From Candidatus Poribacteria bacterium (GTDB taxonomy: Bacteria; Poribacteria; WGA-4E; PCPOR2b), in the NCBI GenBank assembly GCA_965198175.1, contig OZ240245.1, positions 768,001-832,000 of the forward strand: a stretch of 64,000 nucleotides of DNA, read 5' to 3'. How positions within the stretch are numbered: position 1 is the first letter of the stretch; every line of letters starts with the position of its first letter. The translations under genes and the position numbers were made by a program. The notes under the pieces were generated by a model. The model was not told the DNA's origin. It searched no databases and saw only the letters and a list, made by a program, of their open reading frames with translations. Positions 59,616 through 64,000 of this stretch are shown one piece after another.

Positions 59616-60665
59616 TCAGATGCTTCCGACGCCGTGTGCCAGTCCTGTTTTCCGCCATGCATCTTCAAAACTCTTCTCTAAACTTTTAATGTCTTTTAGG
59701 ATTTGCTCTGCAGCATAAGCCCGCCGAAACCAGAAGTTATCAAGTTCACTCTGCAATTCAAGTGGATCTATGTAGTGCTGCTTGACTCCATAAGTACTTC
59801 TGATTAACTGGACAAACCACATATGGGGTGCCAAAGAGATATCCTTTAGATTGACCTTGTTTGCTCCGCAGTATTCCTTGATTAAAACGACAGCCTTCTC
59901 TCTCCAATCTGATAAACAAAGGTTTTCTGGAGGAAGGGCAACTCTTCCGATTTCATACGAGATCAAAAAGGGGGTTGGAGGGTTAAAATCAATCACGGCG
60001 GCAAGCTCGGCACCTTTGAACATAAGATTTGGGCCGCCGTAGTCATTATGAATGACCTGAGTCGTTAAATCGGAAACTTTGTTGAGTACTTTAGGCACCT
60101 CTTTCAACAACTCTTTCCGCTTTAGAAGCAGTTCGTATGTTTTCTCATCAAAGTCATCTCGCTTCTCCTTATGCTCTATTATCTTGAAATACCCGTCAAT
60201 CTCTTTCGCTTTCTCGCTTTCATCGAAGTTCAACCACTTCACAGTAGTAGAAGCCCGATTCGTTTTTACACGCTTGAAGTGGCGATGAATGTCTCCAAGA
60301 ACTCTACCGGCTTCCGCCATCTGGTCAATTGAGAGTCCCTCGTGGGATGTTGCTCCGGGAATGTACTCGAAAAGTGTGAAAGCCATGTCGCCATCCACAC
60401 ACATCAGATTTCCAGATTGCGTCCGAATGATTTCAGGTGTGGGAATACCACATTGATACGCATATTCAGAGAGTTCAAGCGCTTCTCTTTCGCCCCGAAG
60501 ATCCGAAGTCCTATGATACTCTTTAACGAAAAAGCGACCTTCTAGCGTACACAATAGCCAGTTTCTTGTCCCCATCCCCTTGTATATTCTCGTCAGGGAG
60601 TCCACATCCATTTTGTAATGAGCTTCCACGCACCTAGCGATATGCGTTTTACTTTCATTTCTCAT
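59616..60665 (-). CDS. APH/homoserine kinase type II-like phosphotransferase
   Basis: FFVKEY, IHNDYGGPN catalytic loop, VIDF. Confidence 0.82.
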   Translation of the reverse strand: MRNESKTHIARCVEAHYKMDVDSLTRIYKGMGTRNWLLCTLEGRFFVKEYHRTSDLRGEREALELSEYAYQCGIPTPEIIRTQSGNLMCVDGDMAFTLFEYIPGATSHEGLSIDQMAEAGRVLGDIHRHFKRVKTNRASTTVKWLNFDESEKAKEIDGYFKIIEHKEKRDDFDEKTYELLLKRKELLKEVPKVLNKVSDLTTQVIHNDYGGPNLMFKGAELAAVIDFNPPTPFLISYEIGRVALPPENLCLSDWREKAVVLIKEYCGANKVNLKDISLAPHMWFVQLIRSTYGVKQHYIDPLELQSELDNFWFRRAYAAEQILKDIKSLEKSFEDAWRKTGLAHGVGSI

Positions 60666-60986
60666 CTATATACGTCCCCATACGAAAGCAACGCCTTGGA
60701 TCGGGGGGATTGCAAATTGCCATTCTGATTTGGAGTGAGTTGTTGGGGTCTTTCTACGAAAGCCTCTATACATGGATTCATTTTATGATGAACACCTAAA
60801 AAAGTCAAGTCGTTTCACCGGTACTTCAGATTTTATGCTTCAACACGGTTAGTTAATCTACCCAGTGGAAAAACCCAGCGCCGCCTATATTTTCTTGACG
60901 TCCGGTAGGAGTTATGCTATCGTTTGAGCTTACGCGCATTCTGATAACCAATTCAGTTGGTAGACTCAATGCCTACATAAAAAGAT

Positions 60987-61814
60987 ATGGAGCTATTGCA
61001 CATTAATCTCGAAGTTTCACCCGCTGGGAAAATCCCAATCCTTGTAAGAAGATGGGGACATGGGCCCAGAGTGCTGCTTGTACATGGCTGGCTAGATACA
61101 AGCCTGAGATGGAACGATCTCAGTGATAGGCTTAGTCGGCATTATGAGGTGTGGGCGCTCGATCTGCCTTCGTTTGGACAAACTCCTGCGCTTTCGCTGT
61201 GTTATACAACACTTGAGATTTATGCGGCAATCCTCGCCAAATTTATTCGGCATATTACAAATAAGGAGGAATTACACGGTTTGTTGGGTCATTCAATGGG
61301 AGCGCAGCTATCGCTGCTATTGCTTAAGAGTATGCTTCCCGCGAAGCGTGTGATTGTGTGCGGCGCGCCCGTAGCTGGAGTGAAATGGGTCAAACCGCTT
61401 ACGAATCAGCCGGATTTTGTGACAGAGTGTTTAACAATATTCCAGACCCTGCCAATCGGACTCCAGATACCTTTAGTCAAACTCGGTAAATTCGTTGCAC
61501 TCAGATCGTGGAACGCTGTGAAAAATGAGCAGCAGACCTTGGATGGTGTCGATGTGCGAGCTGCAGCAGTACTTCTGAAACAGGTGTGTGCCTGCGACCT
61601 CCTGGATAATCTCGAGCCCTGTTCAGCAGACGTATTGGTAATTCATGGACAGTATGATCCGTATGTTTCCCGCCCCGTCTCCGAGCGGTTAGCCGAAAAG
61701 CTCAACGGGCAATTTTACCAATTTCAAGGCACGCATCACGCACCGATGGTTGAAAAGCCCCAGCACTTTTATCGCGTCATTAAAGATTTCTTGGATAAAG
61801 CCCAGCAGTTATGA
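60987..61814 (+). CDS. Alpha/beta hydrolase
   Basis: LVHGW, DLPSFG, GHSMG, HGQYD, HHAPM. Confidence 0.88.
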   Translation: MELLHINLEVSPAGKIPILVRRWGHGPRVLLVHGWLDTSLRWNDLSDRLSRHYEVWALDLPSFGQTPALSLCYTTLEIYAAILAKFIRHITNKEELHGLLGHSMGAQLSLLLLKSMLPAKRVIVCGAPVAGVKWVKPLTNQPDFVTECLTIFQTLPIGLQIPLVKLGKFVALRSWNAVKNEQQTLDGVDVRAAAVLLKQVCACDLLDNLEPCSADVLVIHGQYDPYVSRPVSERLAEKLNGQFYQFQGTHHAPMVEKPQHFYRVIKDFLDKAQQL

Positions 61815-61836
61815 ATTGATAAGGGGAGAAGGCATT

Positions 61837-62616
61837 ATGAAGTTGGCAGGTCGGGTCGCTATTGTCACAGGTGCTGGAAGGGGTGTCGGTCGTGGAATCG
61901 CGCTTGAGTTAGCGCTGAATGGTGCCAATGTGGTAGTCGCTGACCTAAATCTGGACACAGCCGAAGCAGTAGCCGATGAGATCGACAGCCTGGAACGGAA
62001 TGCGCTGCCGCTGCTAGTAGATGTGACCGTTCAATCCCAGATGTGCGCGATGGTGGCTAAAGCTGTCACAGAATTGGGAAGGCTCGATATCATGGTCAAC
62101 AACGCTGGCGTTGGACACGTCAAACCCTTCTTGGAAATCACTGAGGATGAGTGGGACAAGGTATTTGCGGTAAATCTGAAGGGAATGCTTTTCGGCATGC
62201 AGGCAGCAGCCAAAGCAATGATTAACCAAGAGCGGTGTGGTCGAATCGTAAACATCTCCTCGGTAGCCGGCAAATCTGGACGACCCGTCCTAGCATCCTA
62301 CGCCGCTAGCAAAGCCGCCGTAATCAACCTGACCCAATCGGCGGCGATGGCGCTAGCACCCCACAATATTACAGTGAACGCAATATGTCCCGGCGTTGTG
62401 GATACCCACATGGGAAAATCAGTCATTGCTCAGATGCAGGCATACGTGGACGAAGGTAAGATACCGGAAGAACTCATTCGCATACCTGAAGCACCGCTGG
62501 GACCGAGAGCCGAGCCCGAAGACATCGCCAAGATGGCGGCTTTTCTGGCGAGCGATGATGCAGATTATATCACAGGACAGTCTATCAACGTTGATGGCGG
62601 TAGGTGTACACATTAA
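61837..62616 (+). CDS. Short-chain dehydrogenase/reductase
   Basis: TGAGRGVG, NNAG, YAASK, ITGQSINVDGG. Confidence 0.92.
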   Translation: MKLAGRVAIVTGAGRGVGRGIALELALNGANVVVADLNLDTAEAVADEIDSLERNALPLLVDVTVQSQMCAMVAKAVTELGRLDIMVNNAGVGHVKPFLEITEDEWDKVFAVNLKGMLFGMQAAAKAMINQERCGRIVNISSVAGKSGRPVLASYAASKAAVINLTQSAAMALAPHNITVNAICPGVVDTHMGKSVIAQMQAYVDEGKIPEELIRIPEAPLGPRAEPEDIAKMAAFLASDDADYITGQSINVDGGRCTH

Positions 62617-62707
62617 CTTGATCGAGAAAGGCGCTTGGAGATTTCAGACGACATTCCTAGAACCCTGAAATTGGAATTTTGGATAAGAGAATTTGGAAAA
62701 CCTCGCC

Positions 62708-64000
62708 ATGCGCGTTACTTCTACCGTACTCAATGCTGTGATTCGAGAGTTGCAGGTGCTTCTCAGGGAGCGGGTTTCCACCTCCGTTGCCGTGCTTGCG
62801 GATCGTAGCAGCGATGAATCCTATCATAAGCCGCGGCTTCCAGACGCAGTCTGCTTTCCCTATTCGACGAAAGAGGTTGCGAAAATTGTCAAGATTTGTG
62901 CCGCCCGCAGCACGCCAATCGTCCCGTTTGGCACCGGCACCGGAGTCGAAGGGAATGCGATTGCACTGCACGGCGGTATCTGCATTGACCTTTCCCACAT
63001 GAAGGATATCCTAGCAGTGAATCCCTCAGATCTTGACTGCACTGTCCAAGCCGGCGTCACTCGCAAGCAATTGAATGAACACTTGCGAGACACCGGCTTG
63101 TTCTTTCCAATCGATCCCGGCGCTGATGCTTCCATTGGTGGAATGGCATCAACTCGCGCAAGCGGCACCAACGCTGTCCGCTATGGAACGATGTTGGAGA
63201 ACGTACTTGGGTTTAGGGTAGTGCTGCCAGATGGGGGGATTATAAGAACTTCGCGCCGAGCGCGGAAATCGTCCGCAGGCTACGATTTGACGCGGTTGTT
63301 CGTGGGTTCAGAAGGAACGCTCGGCATCATTACCGAAATCACACTTAGACTCTACGGGGTACCAGCGGCAATTTCTGCGGCGGTTGTCTCCTTCACGGAT
63401 ATCGAAGGGGCGGTCAGTGCCGTTATCCGAACAATTCAGTTAGGTGTTCCGGTAGCACGAATCGAACTCCTGGATGAAGTTCAAATGGAAGCAGTTAACA
63501 AATATTCTAGCCTCAATTATCCGGTTCAGCCGACCCTATTCATGGAGTTTCACGGCACTGAAGCCGGCGTCAAAGAGCAGGCGGAGATGGTGGAGACAAT
63601 CGTCTCGCAATTCGGCGGGGGCGGTTTTCAGTGGGCGATTGAGGCAGAAGCGCGTAACAAGTTGTGGCAGGCTCGACACGATGCTTTCTATGCCGCAACG
63701 GCACTGCGGCCCAATTGTAAAGGCTGGCCAACTGATGTCTGTGTGCCAATCTCACGGCTCGCCGAATGCATTGTTGAAACCAAAAAAGATCTCCAGGACT
63801 CATTCCTAATCGCGCCAATTCTTGGCCACGTGGGCGACGGTAACTTCCACGTGATTTTCCTCATCCGTCCTGACAACCCCAAGGAAATCGCCGAAGCGGA
63901 GCGTCTAAATGAACGGCTCGTAATGCGGGCACTGGCGTTGGATGGCACTTGCACCGGCGAACATGGGGTTGGAATGGGAAAAATGAAGTTCCTGCGAGCG
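62708..64000 (+). CDS. FAD-linked oxidase (D-lactate dehydrogenase/GlcD-like), runs off the window end
   Basis: Own translation: PDAVCFP, PFGTGTGVEG, DPGADASIGGM, GSEGTLG, GHVGDGNFH, TGEHGVG; missing from the ORF track because there is no stop in the window. Confidence 0.9.
   Translation, partial: MRVTSTVLNAVIRELQVLLRERVSTSVAVLADRSSDESYHKPRLPDAVCFPYSTKEVAKIVKICAARSTPIVPFGTGTGVEGNAIALHGGICIDLSHMKDILAVNPSDLDCTVQAGVTRKQLNEHLRDTGLFFPIDPGADASIGGMASTRASGTNAVRYGTMLENVLGFRVVLPDGGIIRTSRRARKSSAGYDLTRLFVGSEGTLGIITEITLRLYGVPAAISAAVVSFTDIEGAVSAVIRTIQLGVPVARIELLDEVQMEAVNKYSSLNYPVQPTLFMEFHGTEAGVKEQAEMVETIVSQFGGGGFQWAIEAEARNKLWQARHDAFYAATALRPNCKGWPTDVCVPISRLAECIVETKKDLQDSFLIAPILGHVGDGNFHVIFLIRPDNPKEIAEAERLNERLVMRALALDGTCTGEHGVGMGKMKFLRA

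Noticed and set aside
587..63954. Numerous short antisense or nested ORFs in the supplied track
   Set aside because: They shadow well-supported genes and show no independent motifs.

Overview
Bacterial chromosomal window of moderate GC, mostly housekeeping and carbohydrate/secondary catabolism genes. The gene mix suggests Candidatus Poribacteria or a relative (inference only): three PhyH-type dioxygenase paralogues, secreted LamG proteins, a DUF1549/DUF1553 plus DUF1501 pair and a microcompartment-type aldehyde dehydrogenase. Core genes: rimP-nusA, rsmE, glmS, fumC, tkt, hisG, tsaB, tRNA-Leu(CAG), aroK-aroB-aroQ-efp-accB-accC-comB and an ECF sigma/anti-sigma/HtrA operon. Most notable: (1) a shared C-terminal motif, [AG]V-x-[PA]-x-G-[KR]-x3-TW[GA]-x-[IM]K plus a basic tail, on three secreted proteins of two unrelated folds, a candidate protein sorting signal. 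(2) Two HtrA paralogues with eroded catalytic triads that share a putative ECF promoter, plus an AAA+ protein with degenerate motifs. (3) A 2.2 kb phage-like islet with a duplicated promoter-terminator-RBS module showing stem covariation, bounded by GTAG REP-like direct repeats. (4) A frameshifted hicA/hicB module with integron-cassette-like ends between expanded REP-like elements. (5) A GH116 gene broken by a short deletion. No CRISPR array, rRNA or intact transposase/integrase was seen.
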